64,000 nucleotides of DNA, taken from the NCBI GenBank assembly GCA_028715175.1, contig JAQUSJ010000001.1:472368-536367 (forward strand), written 5' to 3'. This document shows positions 37,420 to 46,589 of the stretch, one piece after another. This DNA is from Candidatus Daviesbacteria bacterium (GTDB lineage Bacteria > Patescibacteriota > Microgenomatia > Daviesbacterales > UBA10151). Within the stretch, counting starts at the first letter, position 1. Every line of letters starts with the position of its first letter. The notes under the pieces are model-generated. The model was not told the DNA's origin. It saw nothing but the letters and a program-made list of their open reading frames with translations, and made no database searches. A program made the translations under genes and the position numbers.

Positions 37420-39312
37420 ATGATTAAAAAGATTTCTGTTTTAATTATTTTCTTAATTCTTTTGGTTTTGCCACAGACTGTTTTTGCAGAAGGGGAATTT
37501 GCCACATCTTATGATGTTTTGTATGACGTTTCGGAGGCTGGAGTGACTACAGTCACAGAAAAAATTACCCTCAAAAATCTGACCTCACAATACTATGCCA
37601 ACCAGTTCAAATTAACTATTGGGGCAACCCAAATTTCCGATATTAAGGCTGCAGACCCCGGAGGAGCATTGGATGTAACCTCAGAGCAAAAAGATACAAC
37701 CACCACGATTAGTGTTAAATTTAACCAGCAGGTGGCGGGTTTGGGTAAGAGCTTGCCGTGGACTCTTTCTTTTAAGTCAAAAGATTTTGCTGAAAAAGTC
37801 GGTAAGGTTTGGGAGGTTAGGGTTCCAAGAATTTCTTCAACCACGAATTTGGAAGCCTATAACCTGACTCTTTCGGTACCGCAGAGTTTCGGCCAACCTT
37901 CTTTGATTAGTCCGAACCCCAAAAACCAGACTGTTTCCTCCGGAAGAATATTTTTGACTTTTGATAAAAGCCAGCTTACATCATCCGGTATTTCTGCAAA
38001 TTTCGGCAGCATGCAGATTTTTGATTTTGATTTGAGTTACCATCTGGAAAATAAAAACCTGGTGCCGATATTAACAAACATCGCGCTTCCTCCGGACACA
38101 TCTTTCCAGGATGTCATTTTTCAGCGCATAGACCCAAAGCCGCTTAACGTGACAGTAGACAGCGATGGTAACTACCTGGCCTGGTATAGATTAAACCGCG
38201 GACAAAAAATCGATGTTAAAGTTTTTGGCTCGGCAAAACTTTATACAAACTCTAAGGTAAAGCTCCCTGTGCTGGATGAGGCCTTAAGAAAAAAATATAC
38301 CGAATCTCAAAAATACTGGGAAAAAGATAACCCCCAAATTATGAGTAAGCTGGATGAAATTTTGGGTGACAGTCCCCCGGGCGATTTTGAAGGTAAAGCT
38401 AAGCTCATTTTTCAATACGTAGTGAATTCCCTGAAATATGATTCCGGCCGGTTAAAAAATAGTGATATTGAACGGCTTGGAGCTGTTACGGTTTTAGATA
38501 ACTCCAATTCTGCTGTTTGCATGGAATTTACCGATTTATTTCTGGCTTTATCCAGAGCGGCCGGCATTCCGGCCAGGGAATTAAACGGGTATGCGTACAC
38601 CGAGAATACAACGCTGCGGCCGCTATCTTTAACAAAAGATGTTTTACATGCATGGCCGGAGTATTGGAACGAACGGCGCGGATGGGTTATGGTTGATCCT
38701 ACCTGGGAAAATACCACCGGCGGCGTGGATTATTTTAATAAGCTGGATCTTAATCATTTTGTTTTTGCGGTTAAGGGTTCATCTTCACAGGAGCCAATTC
38801 CTGCCGGTTCGTATAAATATGCGGGTCAGGACAGTCATGATGTAAAAGTAACCTTATCGGAAAATGATTTTCTTGGTAAACCGCAGATTGATGTTGTGAT
38901 TGATGCTTTAAGCCCGATCTTGTCCGGTTTCCCCGGGGTTATCAAGGTGAAAGTTACAAATACAGGCAATGCTGTTTATCCCTCTGCGCCTCTTCAGATT
39001 TCCGCTGATAAACTCACAGCGCTTAACGGAGAGAATCAAAAAACAGGCCCTATACCCCCCTTTGGAAACGGCGAATTCAATTTTAATATCCGGACCAAAT
39101 CGCTTTTTGATTCTTATAAGGATCAAATTGTGATTAATATAGGCAGCCAGAAGTTTACTAAGGATGTGGTAGTAAAACCCTTTATCGTATTCCAACCTGT
39201 TTCTCTTTTGATAGCCGGAATATCTGTTGCTATGGTACTAATCTATTTTGTAGTGCTGGGCGGCCATATTTACCGTAAAAGAATTAAGAATGAACCTGTC
39301 AAAAAATCATGA
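37420..39312 (+). CDS. Secreted/membrane-anchored transglutaminase-like protein
   Basis: Signal peptide; AVCMEF, AGIPAR, LHAWPE, VDPTW; C-terminal TM. Confidence 0.9.
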   Translation: MIKKISVLIIFLILLVLPQTVFAEGEFATSYDVLYDVSEAGVTTVTEKITLKNLTSQYYANQFKLTIGATQISDIKAADPGGALDVTSEQKDTTTTISVKFNQQVAGLGKSLPWTLSFKSKDFAEKVGKVWEVRVPRISSTTNLEAYNLTLSVPQSFGQPSLISPNPKNQTVSSGRIFLTFDKSQLTSSGISANFGSMQIFDFDLSYHLENKNLVPILTNIALPPDTSFQDVIFQRIDPKPLNVTVDSDGNYLAWYRLNRGQKIDVKVFGSAKLYTNSKVKLPVLDEALRKKYTESQKYWEKDNPQIMSKLDEILGDSPPGDFEGKAKLIFQYVVNSLKYDSGRLKNSDIERLGAVTVLDNSNSAVCMEFTDLFLALSRAAGIPARELNGYAYTENTTLRPLSLTKDVLHAWPEYWNERRGWVMVDPTWENTTGGVDYFNKLDLNHFVFAVKGSSSQEPIPAGSYKYAGQDSHDVKVTLSENDFLGKPQIDVVIDALSPILSGFPGVIKVKVTNTGNAVYPSAPLQISADKLTALNGENQKTGPIPPFGNGEFNFNIRTKSLFDSYKDQIVINIGSQKFTKDVVVKPFIVFQPVSLLIAGISVAMVLIYFVVLGGHIYRKRIKNEPVKKS

Positions 39313-40628
39313 GTTGGCTCCGCTTTAAATCCGAAATTCCGCGAAGACCAGGTGTCTATATATTTAAAGATAAAGACGGGAAGATTTTATATGTCGGAAA
39401 GGCTGTTGATCTTTATCAGCGCGTTACTTCATACGGTGTCAACCTAACCCACACCAGGGGTGGGATACGCATACACCGTGATAATACTAAAGTAGCAACT
39501 CTTGTTGAACATATCGCCAAAGTGGAAACAATTACAGTTGAATCGGAGCTTGAAGCTTTGATCCTGGAAGCCAATCTTATTAAAAAATATTTGCCTCCGT
39601 TTAATGTCAGACTCACAGATGACAAGGATTATTTGTACATTGCAGTCAGTAAAGAAGCTTTCCCAAAAATTGTGACTGCCAGGAAAAAAGATCTCCAGAT
39701 AATGAAAAAACATTGGGGTCCATTCCCTTCAAGCAGAACTGTCAGGGAAACATTAAAATCATTAAGAAAAGTCTTCCCCTGGTGCGCTGCAGCTTCGCAA
39801 GGGGACGCCTTGCGAAGCAAAACACGATTCCGTCCATGTTTTTATTATCACCTGAAACTATGTCCAGGAGCGTGCATTGGCTTAATAAGTAAAGAAGAAT
39901 ACAACAAAATTATTAACAGGTTTTCCAAATTTATGGACGGAAAAAAGGAGCAACTGATTACCGAACTGACTGCCGAAATGAAGCAAGCAGGGCAAAAACA
40001 AAAATTTGAGGAAGCAGCTAAGATCAAAAAAACAATCGAGGGTATTTTCTATTTAACCCAAACCAACAGGACCGGGCTTTATTTAGAAAATCCTAATTTT
40101 TTACAGGATGAAGGAAGCCTTGCCCTTGAGCAATTAAAAAAAGATTTAAACCTGGGGAAACTACCTGAAAGGATAGAAGGGTATGATATTTCAAATATCC
40201 AGGGCTATGAGGCCACCGGTTCAATGGTTGTTTTAACTAAAGGGGAAATTGATAAATCGCAGTACAGGAAATTTAAGATTAGCTCGTCAGCCGGCGGATT
40301 CAGTCGTCCAAACGATGTGGCTATGATACGTGAGGTGCTGCGGCGCAGATTAAAGCATACCGAGTGGCCTTTGCCTGATTTAATATTAGTAGACGGCGGT
40401 AGAGGACAAGCTAGAGCTGTTCAGGTAACAATTCAACAATTTAGCAATGCAGCAATTCCCGTATTTGGTCTGGCAAAACGGATGGAATGGCTTTATCCGC
40501 CTAAAGGTGAAATTCTAAAGCTTCCAAGAAAAAGTCTTTCTTTGAAATTGTTGCAAAAGCTGCGTGATGAGGCTCACAGGTTTGCCATTAGCTATCACAG
40601 GAAACTTCGTGATAGGATTATAGTATAA
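39309..40628 (+). CDS. uvrC: Excinuclease ABC subunit C (short form)
   Basis: PGVYIF...YVGKA, EALILEANLIK, Cys cluster, IEGYDISN, PDLILVDGG, RDEAHRFAI. Confidence 0.96.
   Translation: MSWLRFKSEIPRRPGVYIFKDKDGKILYVGKAVDLYQRVTSYGVNLTHTRGGIRIHRDNTKVATLVEHIAKVETITVESELEALILEANLIKKYLPPFNVRLTDDKDYLYIAVSKEAFPKIVTARKKDLQIMKKHWGPFPSSRTVRETLKSLRKVFPWCAAASQGDALRSKTRFRPCFYYHLKLCPGACIGLISKEEYNKIINRFSKFMDGKKEQLITELTAEMKQAGQKQKFEEAAKIKKTIEGIFYLTQTNRTGLYLENPNFLQDEGSLALEQLKKDLNLGKLPERIEGYDISNIQGYEATGSMVVLTKGEIDKSQYRKFKISSSAGGFSRPNDVAMIREVLRRRLKHTEWPLPDLILVDGGRGQARAVQVTIQQFSNAAIPVFGLAKRMEWLYPPKGEILKLPRKSLSLKLLQKLRDEAHRFAISYHRKLRDRIIV
39792..39818 (+). repeat. Family A element in frame in uvrC
   Basis: GCTTCGCAAGG-GGACG-CCTTGCGAAGC, perfect 11-bp stem (ASQGDALRS). 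Confidence 0.9.
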
Positions 40629-40694
40629 GAGTAGCTAGTGATGAGTCAAAATAAAAAGACTCATCACTCTTATCTTAGTTACTCGTATCCTAAT

Positions 40695-41096
40695 ATGAAA
40701 ACTTTGCTCCGCTATTTCCTGATCAATACAGTTTCCCTTTGGATGGTTACAAGAGCGGTCCCCGGTTTGACTTATTCAGGCGGGGTAAAGAGTTTGTTTC
40801 TTGGGGGATTGGCATTTATGCTGATAAATTTTCTCCTGGTTCCCATACTTAAAATATTGTTTCTGCCGCTAAATCTTTTGACGCTGGGATTTTTTGCCTG
40901 GGTTACAAATGTTTTGGCCCTTTATGCCCTGACTACAATTGTTTCCGATTTTCAATTAGTTCCTTATACTTTTCCCGGATATAGCTACAACGGATTTAAC
41001 CTTCCCCCTTATGATTTATCTCCTTTTTTGGTGGCAGTCGTAGTCTCTTTTTTAATCGGGGTAATTACCCATTTTCTGCAGTGGCTTACTCATTAA
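40695..41096 (+). CDS. YvlD/4-TMS holin-superfamily membrane protein
   Basis: INFLLVPILKILFLPLNLLTLGFF..VTN; start 40695. Confidence 0.85.
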   Translation: MKTLLRYFLINTVSLWMVTRAVPGLTYSGGVKSLFLGGLAFMLINFLLVPILKILFLPLNLLTLGFFAWVTNVLALYALTTIVSDFQLVPYTFPGYSYNGFNLPPYDLSPFLVAVVVSFLIGVITHFLQWLTH

Positions 41097-41121
41097 AGTT
41101 TGGTGTATAATCTAACCGATT

Positions 41122-41337
41122 ATGAAAGCTGCAATCTCGCTAATTCAAATAATACTGGGTATTCTTTTGATTTTGATAATTATTATTCAACAAAAAGGTT
41201 CAGGTTTAGGTACCAGCTTTGGCGGCGATATGTCTTTTTACCGCACAAAAAGGGGAGCGGAGAAACTCCTTTTCTATGCAACTATTGCTGTAGCCTTAGC
41301 CTTTGTTTTATTTTCCTTAATCGGTTTAATGGTTTAG
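41122..41337 (+). CDS. secG: Preprotein translocase subunit SecG
   Basis: IIIQQKGSGLGTSFGG...TKRGAEK, two TM helices. Confidence 0.92.
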   Translation: MKAAISLIQIILGILLILIIIIQQKGSGLGTSFGGDMSFYRTKRGAEKLLFYATIAVALAFVLFSLIGLMV

Positions 41338-41343
41338 TAAATT

Positions 41344-42717
41344 ATGAATCTTAGATCCGTGAGGCTTTTTCTTTTGATTACCCGGGAATACCTGAAAAGA
41401 AATGCAATCCGGGTTATAGGCGGCATAGTTTTGATCATGCTTCTGGTGATTTTTCAGACCAGGCTAAAGCTTTTCTATTCACCGGACATTATCAGGGTAG
41501 GTTTAATCGGGACTTATCAGGAACATGATCTGCCTATTGAGGTAACAAGACTGTTATCTTCCGGCTTGATTGAAGCAAGCAGCGACGGAAAAATTAAACC
41601 AAACCTGGTAAGCGGCTGGGAAACCAATAATGATGCCACAAGTTTTAAGTTTAAATTGAAGGATTTAAAATGGGTTGATAAAGAAACTGTAAAAGCATCC
41701 GATCTGGAATTTTCTATCCCAAATACAAACGTTTCCTTTCCGGATGATAAAATAATTCAATTCGACCTGAAGGAATCATATTCTCCTTTGCCCTCGCTTC
41801 TAACGAAACCTATTTTTAAAAAAGGTACTCTGATTGGGACAGGTCCGTATAAGATAAAAAAGATTGAAAAAAGCAGGATTTTTATTACGAAACTTATTCT
41901 GGAACCGCAGGATGGTAAATCTCCAGGTATAGTTGTAAGATTTTACCCGAACGAGAAGATAGCCGTTACAGGTTTTAATTTGGGAGAGGTACAGGTTTTA
42001 ATGGGTTTAAGCAATCCAAAGCTGGTTGGTTCAAGTCCCTTAATCGGTGCAGTGCAAACTATTGATTACTCAAAAATTGTCACAATTTTATTCCAGACAA
42101 CGGATTCGCTTTTGCATAACCGTTCACTCCGTCAGTCATTAGCTTTCCAGACTCCTAAAATAGAAAATGAAGAAGTTGCTAATAATCCTTATCCTCCGCA
42201 ATCCTGGGCCCGCGACAGCGATTCCAAAAAATATCTGTCTAATCCTGAGGAAGCAGCAGCAGCTCTGGAGCGGGCAAAGTCGACTCTACCGGATGATCAG
42301 CTGCGTTCGGGGTTAATTCTAACAGCGACTCCGAATTTGGAGGAGGTGGGAAAAGTTGTTGTAGAATCCTGGAAAAAGTTGGGATTTGACAGTAAGCTCC
42401 GGATAGAATCAGGTATCCCTCAAAATTTTCAAGCGCTTTTAATCACCCAAAGCATACCGGTTGATCCTGACCAGTATTTTCTGTGGCACGCAACTCAAGC
42501 AAAAACCAATTTAACAAGATACGATTCCAAAAGAGTAGATAAGGATTTAGAGGACGGAAGGAAGATAATTTCAGAGGAAGATAGAAAGGTAAAATATTTT
42601 GATTTTCAAAAAACCCTGCTGGAAGATGCTCCTGCAGTATTTTTATATTTCCCGAAACATAATGTTATTTACCTTAAAAAGTTGGAGCCGTTTTTGAATA
42701 AAATATTAATTCCTTAA
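41344..42717 (+). CDS. Family 5 (peptide) ABC substrate-binding-like protein
   Basis: PNLVSGWE, IGTGPYKI, DPDQYFLWH, EDAPAVFLY. Confidence 0.88.
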   Translation: MNLRSVRLFLLITREYLKRNAIRVIGGIVLIMLLVIFQTRLKLFYSPDIIRVGLIGTYQEHDLPIEVTRLLSSGLIEASSDGKIKPNLVSGWETNNDATSFKFKLKDLKWVDKETVKASDLEFSIPNTNVSFPDDKIIQFDLKESYSPLPSLLTKPIFKKGTLIGTGPYKIKKIEKSRIFITKLILEPQDGKSPGIVVRFYPNEKIAVTGFNLGEVQVLMGLSNPKLVGSSPLIGAVQTIDYSKIVTILFQTTDSLLHNRSLRQSLAFQTPKIENEEVANNPYPPQSWARDSDSKKYLSNPEEAAAALERAKSTLPDDQLRSGLILTATPNLEEVGKVVVESWKKLGFDSKLRIESGIPQNFQALLITQSIPVDPDQYFLWHATQAKTNLTRYDSKRVDKDLEDGRKIISEEDRKVKYFDFQKTLLEDAPAVFLYFPKHNVIYLKKLEPFLNKILIP

Positions 42718-43083
42718 TTTAGGAAGATGGTTGCCGGTAGACTTTAAAATGCTGCCTCTTTTTAAGGCATTAAGCTCGTGTTGCATTGCTTTTATCTGAT
42801 GTCCGGTATAAATTAAGCCGTTGTAGGTTTTTTCTTCACCTTCCTGGAGTTCTTCTATATGTTTTTTTACCTCATCCAGACCTTTGGTGTTTTTGTTAAC
42901 AGATATCTGAATCAGGGTTGTAAGGTAAAGTACCTCCAAAAATACTGCCATAACTAAAATAAACTGAATTAAACCCGTTGTCAGCCCAAGCAGTCCGAGA
43001 ACAAAAATTCCACCAAAAAGCAGGAGATTTATTATTAAAGGCAGAAAAATTTTTTTAGATGAAAATAATTCTTTCAAAATCAT
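42706..43083 (-). CDS. Two-TM membrane protein with coiled-coil tail
   Basis: Hydrophobic N-terminal half; SD AGGGGG; own promoter. Confidence 0.7.
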   Translation of the reverse strand: MILKELFSSKKIFLPLIINLLLFGGIFVLGLLGLTTGLIQFILVMAVFLEVLYLTTLIQISVNKNTKGLDEVKKHIEELQEGEEKTYNGLIYTGHQIKAMQHELNALKRGSILKSTGNHLPKLRN

Positions 43084-43196
43084 GCTTCCCCCTAAATCAC
43101 TAAAAAAATCTCTTAACCTGCTCTTTTAACGGTTTTAGAGATTTCTAAATTAATTGTCTACCTGTTGGTTTAATATGTCAACACCCCAAATTAGCT

Positions 43197-44288
43197 TTAA
43201 AACCAACCTCTTTTTTTAAAATAAAGGCTCATTAAAAGAGCAGGAATTGTACCCGTGATCAGGATAATTATAAATGTGGTGTATTTTCCTAAAAAGGTCC
43301 AGGATCCGGCTTCTATTCCTCCCGGGAGTAAAACATTCATCCCAAAAAATGTTCCGATAACTGTAGCCGGAAGGGTGAAGGTAAAAAGAATAGTCAAAAC
43401 AGCCAAAGTTTTGTTGGTTTTTTCTGAACTGATAGTAAAATCCGCATCTTTATAAATATCAACCGTTTCCCGCGCTTCTTCTAAAGTTTCCCAGGCTTTG
43501 TCAATCGAATCGGCAATATTCTCAAAATAAATGGATAAATTAGTTGAACTGAATTTGTTTATTTTAGTGGTCATCTCTGCCATTAATGATTTTAAAGGTC
43601 TGATTACCCGCCTTGAGGAAAGTATCTTGTGTCTTAATTGACCGATTTTATAAACTCCGGATACCTTATCGTCAAACACAATATCCTCTGTTTCATCTAC
43701 CTCTTTTAAGATTATTTGCAATAGTTGAGTTAAGTCATCGGTTAGCTGGTTAATAATGGTGTACAACAAGTTGGCAGAAGAATTATCAATGTACACCTTT
43801 CGTTGTTCTTTGCTTTCTTTACACTCATTAAATATCCTGGAAACCGTATCTTTAGAGCTGTCATGGACGGTAACGAGGTAATTTTTACCTAAAAAGAAGC
43901 ATATTTGATTAATAGTGATACTTTCTTCATTGGCATTAAGCGCGGGAAAACGAAGCAGTAAAAATAAATATTTATCCTCTGAATTTTGCTCAATTTTAGG
44001 GAAATGTCCTTTAGACATACAATCTTCAAGGTGTAAAGGATGGAAAGGATATTTTTGGACCAGTTCGCTAATTTCCTTTCGGCTGGGATTTCTGACATCT
44101 ACCCAAAGGATCTTGCCGTTGCGGATTGATTGTATTTTATCATTTTTTTGGTCTGAATCTATTTCTTGCTTTCCATCTTCTTTGATATTGAGGAAGCTTA
44201 AATAGTATTTAAGAGCCCCGACCAGTTTTCTAGGTTTACCCAGTAAAATTTGTATATCTTTTAGTGTTCCGGTTAAAGTTTTGGTCAT
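43197..44288 (-). CDS. corA: CorA family Mg2+ transporter
   Basis: FHPLHLED, PKIE, FFGMN signature, KKRGWF. Confidence 0.95.
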   Translation of the reverse strand: MTKTLTGTLKDIQILLGKPRKLVGALKYYLSFLNIKEDGKQEIDSDQKNDKIQSIRNGKILWVDVRNPSRKEISELVQKYPFHPLHLEDCMSKGHFPKIEQNSEDKYLFLLLRFPALNANEESITINQICFFLGKNYLVTVHDSSKDTVSRIFNECKESKEQRKVYIDNSSANLLYTIINQLTDDLTQLLQIILKEVDETEDIVFDDKVSGVYKIGQLRHKILSSRRVIRPLKSLMAEMTTKINKFSSTNLSIYFENIADSIDKAWETLEEARETVDIYKDADFTISSEKTNKTLAVLTILFTFTLPATVIGTFFGMNVLLPGGIEAGSWTFLGKYTTFIIILITGTIPALLMSLYFKKRGWF

Positions 44289-44535
44289 AATTTTTCCCCT
44301 TTTAAAAAAGCGTAGGAAGAAAAGATACTTGCTTCTTCTACGCTCAACAAGTTAAGTTTAGTCCCCTGCTTTGAGGCTTGTCAAGACTGCAAATTGGCTT
44401 CATTAAACTTAGGTTTCTCCAATAGTACAAGAAGTTCTAGCACCTGTTAACTAGAGTAACTCTTGCTCAATTTTAGGGAGTTGTGAATCATGTAGTTTTT
44501 GAATTACAGGATATCTTTTGATATTATTATCTGCT

Positions 44536-44988
44536 ATGGCAGGCAAAGAAGCTCCTTGGTTAATAGACCTAAGAAAAACTCTTAAGACAATGAGGGATAC
44601 AAATGCCGATTACTTGGTAGCTGATGATGGTTACAATAAGACTGTTATCAGACGGCGTAGCCATACCTCTGTTCCTAAAGGATTTTCTCCAGAAGAAGAC
44701 CTTCCCAATTATGAAAATGAGACAAGATATTCACAAATAAAGGCTCCTTTTACTGGTGTTTTATACCGAAGACCTGAACCAGAAAAACCATATTATGTAA
44801 ATGAAGGTGATTTCGTTGAAGAGGGCCAAATTGTGGCTATGATCGAAGCCATGAAACTTGTTAATGTAATCGAGGCAACAAGGTCGGGACAAGTAATTAA
44901 AATTTTTTGCCAAGATGGAACAACCGTCAATAAAGACGATATCTTAATGGTTTTAAACCTTACCAAAATTCCAATGCAAAACCACTAG
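44536..44988 (+). CDS. Biotin carboxyl carrier (biotinyl-domain) protein
   Basis: IKAPFTGVLYRRPEP...VEEGQIVAMIEAMKLVNVIEA; AccB-like C-terminal domain. Confidence 0.85.
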   Translation: MAGKEAPWLIDLRKTLKTMRDTNADYLVADDGYNKTVIRRRSHTSVPKGFSPEEDLPNYENETRYSQIKAPFTGVLYRRPEPEKPYYVNEGDFVEEGQIVAMIEAMKLVNVIEATRSGQVIKIFCQDGTTVNKDDILMVLNLTKIPMQNH

Positions 44989-45044
44989 ACTACTTGGAAG
45001 GTGATTAGCTTGAATCATGCGATATTTCTTGTTACTATTCCAGA

Positions 45045-45527
45045 ATGAAAAGATTGTCTGGTGTTGCGGATCAGGCTAGGTTGAGTGATGCTAAATCGAT
45101 CCAAAAGCTAGTCAATCATTTTGCCGACCAGGATAGAATGCTTCACCGTAAGTTAAAGGATATCCGCAAAGACATCGGTGATTTCATCGTCTACAGAATG
45201 GACGGTGAAGTTGTGGGATGTGCTGCTCTTCATAGGCTCTCAGACAATTTGGCTGAAATTAGAGCAGTGGCAGTCCGGGAAAAAGATCAAAAACATGGTA
45301 TTGGGAGAAAGCTGGTTGAAGCTTGTCTGGAAAAAGCCCAAACTTCAGGAATCCCTGATGTACTTTTACTCACATATGAACCTGGTTATTTCGGACGTTT
45401 TGGCTTCGAGAAGACCAAAATCAAAATAGAGAATTTTCATCACAAATTGTACGGTGAATGCTTAAATCGTCCTAAAGGTCCACCAGGTAAATGCGGCGAA
45501 ATTGCCATGGTTTACCATTTATCCTAA
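45045..45527 (+). CDS. GNAT acetyltransferase (short ArgA-like)
   Basis: VVGCAALH, LAEIRAVAV, QKHGIGRKLV, LLTY...F.RFGF. Confidence 0.85.
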   Translation: MKRLSGVADQARLSDAKSIQKLVNHFADQDRMLHRKLKDIRKDIGDFIVYRMDGEVVGCAALHRLSDNLAEIRAVAVREKDQKHGIGRKLVEACLEKAQTSGIPDVLLLTYEPGYFGRFGFEKTKIKIENFHHKLYGECLNRPKGPPGKCGEIAMVYHLS

Positions 45528-45598
45528 TACTGGTGCTGGCAGACTGTTAGTAGGTAAGTTTCCCTAAGTACTTTTTCTACAGCTTGCCAGCTTTTTCT

Positions 45599-46015
45599 TT
45601 AATCTGTTTTAACTTCTATCCTTTTAGGCTTTGGTGCAGGAACTTTTTCAAATATTGCATGCATCATGCCATTTTTATAAGTCACCTTTGGCTCCTTTTT
45701 GCTATCCAGGCTTTCTGGAACAACTACAGAGTAAGCAAATTGACTGGTTGCTTTTCTGTAAAACTTTTTTCCTTTCTCTTCTTCTTTTCCTTCTCCTCGA
45801 ATATGTAATATCCCTCTATCAAAAGTTACCTCTATATCTTTAGGACCTAGACCAGGAAAGGCTGCATCTACGTAATAGCTCTTTTCATCCTCGGAAACTG
45901 ACAATCCGCTCGGAATAGTATCTAGCCTAGTTTCGCTCATCAGATCTTCCCAAATAGATGGCAACATGGTTTTAGGAAAGGTCCAAAAATCTCGTAACAT
46001 TAAGCCGTTTGGCAT
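45599..46015 (-). CDS. Hsp20 small heat-shock protein
   Basis: AAFPGL..KDIEVT...LHIRGE, YKNGM; SD GGAGGTG. Confidence 0.92.
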   Translation of the reverse strand: MPNGLMLRDFWTFPKTMLPSIWEDLMSETRLDTIPSGLSVSEDEKSYYVDAAFPGLGPKDIEVTFDRGILHIRGEGKEEEKGKKFYRKATSQFAYSVVVPESLDSKKEPKVTYKNGMMHAIFEKVPAPKPKRIEVKTD

Positions 46016-46050
46016 TATTTTTCACCTCCAATCTGCCTCTAGATGAGGAG

Positions 46051-46386
46051 TTAATAACCCAATCTTGTCCTGGGTTCTCCTTGAAACAGCTTGATCCCTG
46101 CCAGAATTACCGTTATCCCTCCGATGATCATTAATGTCCATACCGCCGCAGTTACGGTAGTAAAGTTTAAAACAAATGGAGCTAAAATGGTTCCTATGCC
46201 GGCAATGCCAACAATCCAGTATTCCCAGGTATCTTTACCTTTAGCAAAACCTGCTAAAGTTGATGCCACAATTAAAACTGCTCCAAAGATAAAGCTAGTC
46301 CACAGTGCGCTAGGATTATCACTGTAATTCAATAAGTAAGGAGTAATAATTGAAACAAAACCTAATAAACCTGTAAACCAGTGCAT
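46051..46386 (-). CDS. SPW-repeat membrane protein
   Basis: Two repeats W..G..G...I.(T/A)P(Y/F).LN(Y/F); ATG 46386 follows SD. Confidence 0.8.
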   Translation of the reverse strand: MHWFTGLLGFVSIITPYLLNYSDNPSALWTSFIFGAVLIVASTLAGFAKGKDTWEYWIVGIAGIGTILAPFVLNFTTVTAAVWTLMIIGGITVILAGIKLFQGEPRTRLGY

Positions 46387-46452
46387 ACTTTTCACCTCCT
46401 CTCTTGTAAAGATTTTATATTTTCAACTATAAAACGAGATACAAGTTTTTGC

Positions 46453-46468
46453 AGTGATCTAGATCACG
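46453..46468. promoter_or_regulatory. Crp-type box upstream of the SPW-hsp20 operon
   Basis: AGTGA-TCTAGA-TCACG; perfect palindrome GTGATCTAGATCAC. Confidence 0.7.
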
Positions 46469-46509
46469 GGAGAATTAAAAGTTACTACAAAGCAAGAGTG
46501 AGTTGCTTG

Positions 46510-46581
46510 TGACCCCGGAGCGATTTGAACGCTCGACCCATGGATAATACACTCCCCGCCAGAGGCGGGGCAAGAGTCCAT
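46510..46581 (-). pseudogene. 3' two-thirds of a different tRNA-Lys(CTT)-like allele with a palindrome after the anticodon
   Basis: ATGGACTCTT-[GCCCCGCCTCTGGCGGGGAGTGTATT]-ATCCATGGGTCGAGCGTTCAAATCGCTCCGGGGTCA. Confidence 0.8.
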
Positions 46582-46589
46582 AGATGCTG

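Noticed and set aside
40695-41096. Prophage holin
   Set aside because: This 4-TM family is usually chromosomal; neighbours are uvrC and secG and no phage genes are present.
44289-44520. M-box (ykoK) riboswitch upstream of corA
   Set aside because: No M-box consensus visible, and the predicted leader is only about 60 nt.
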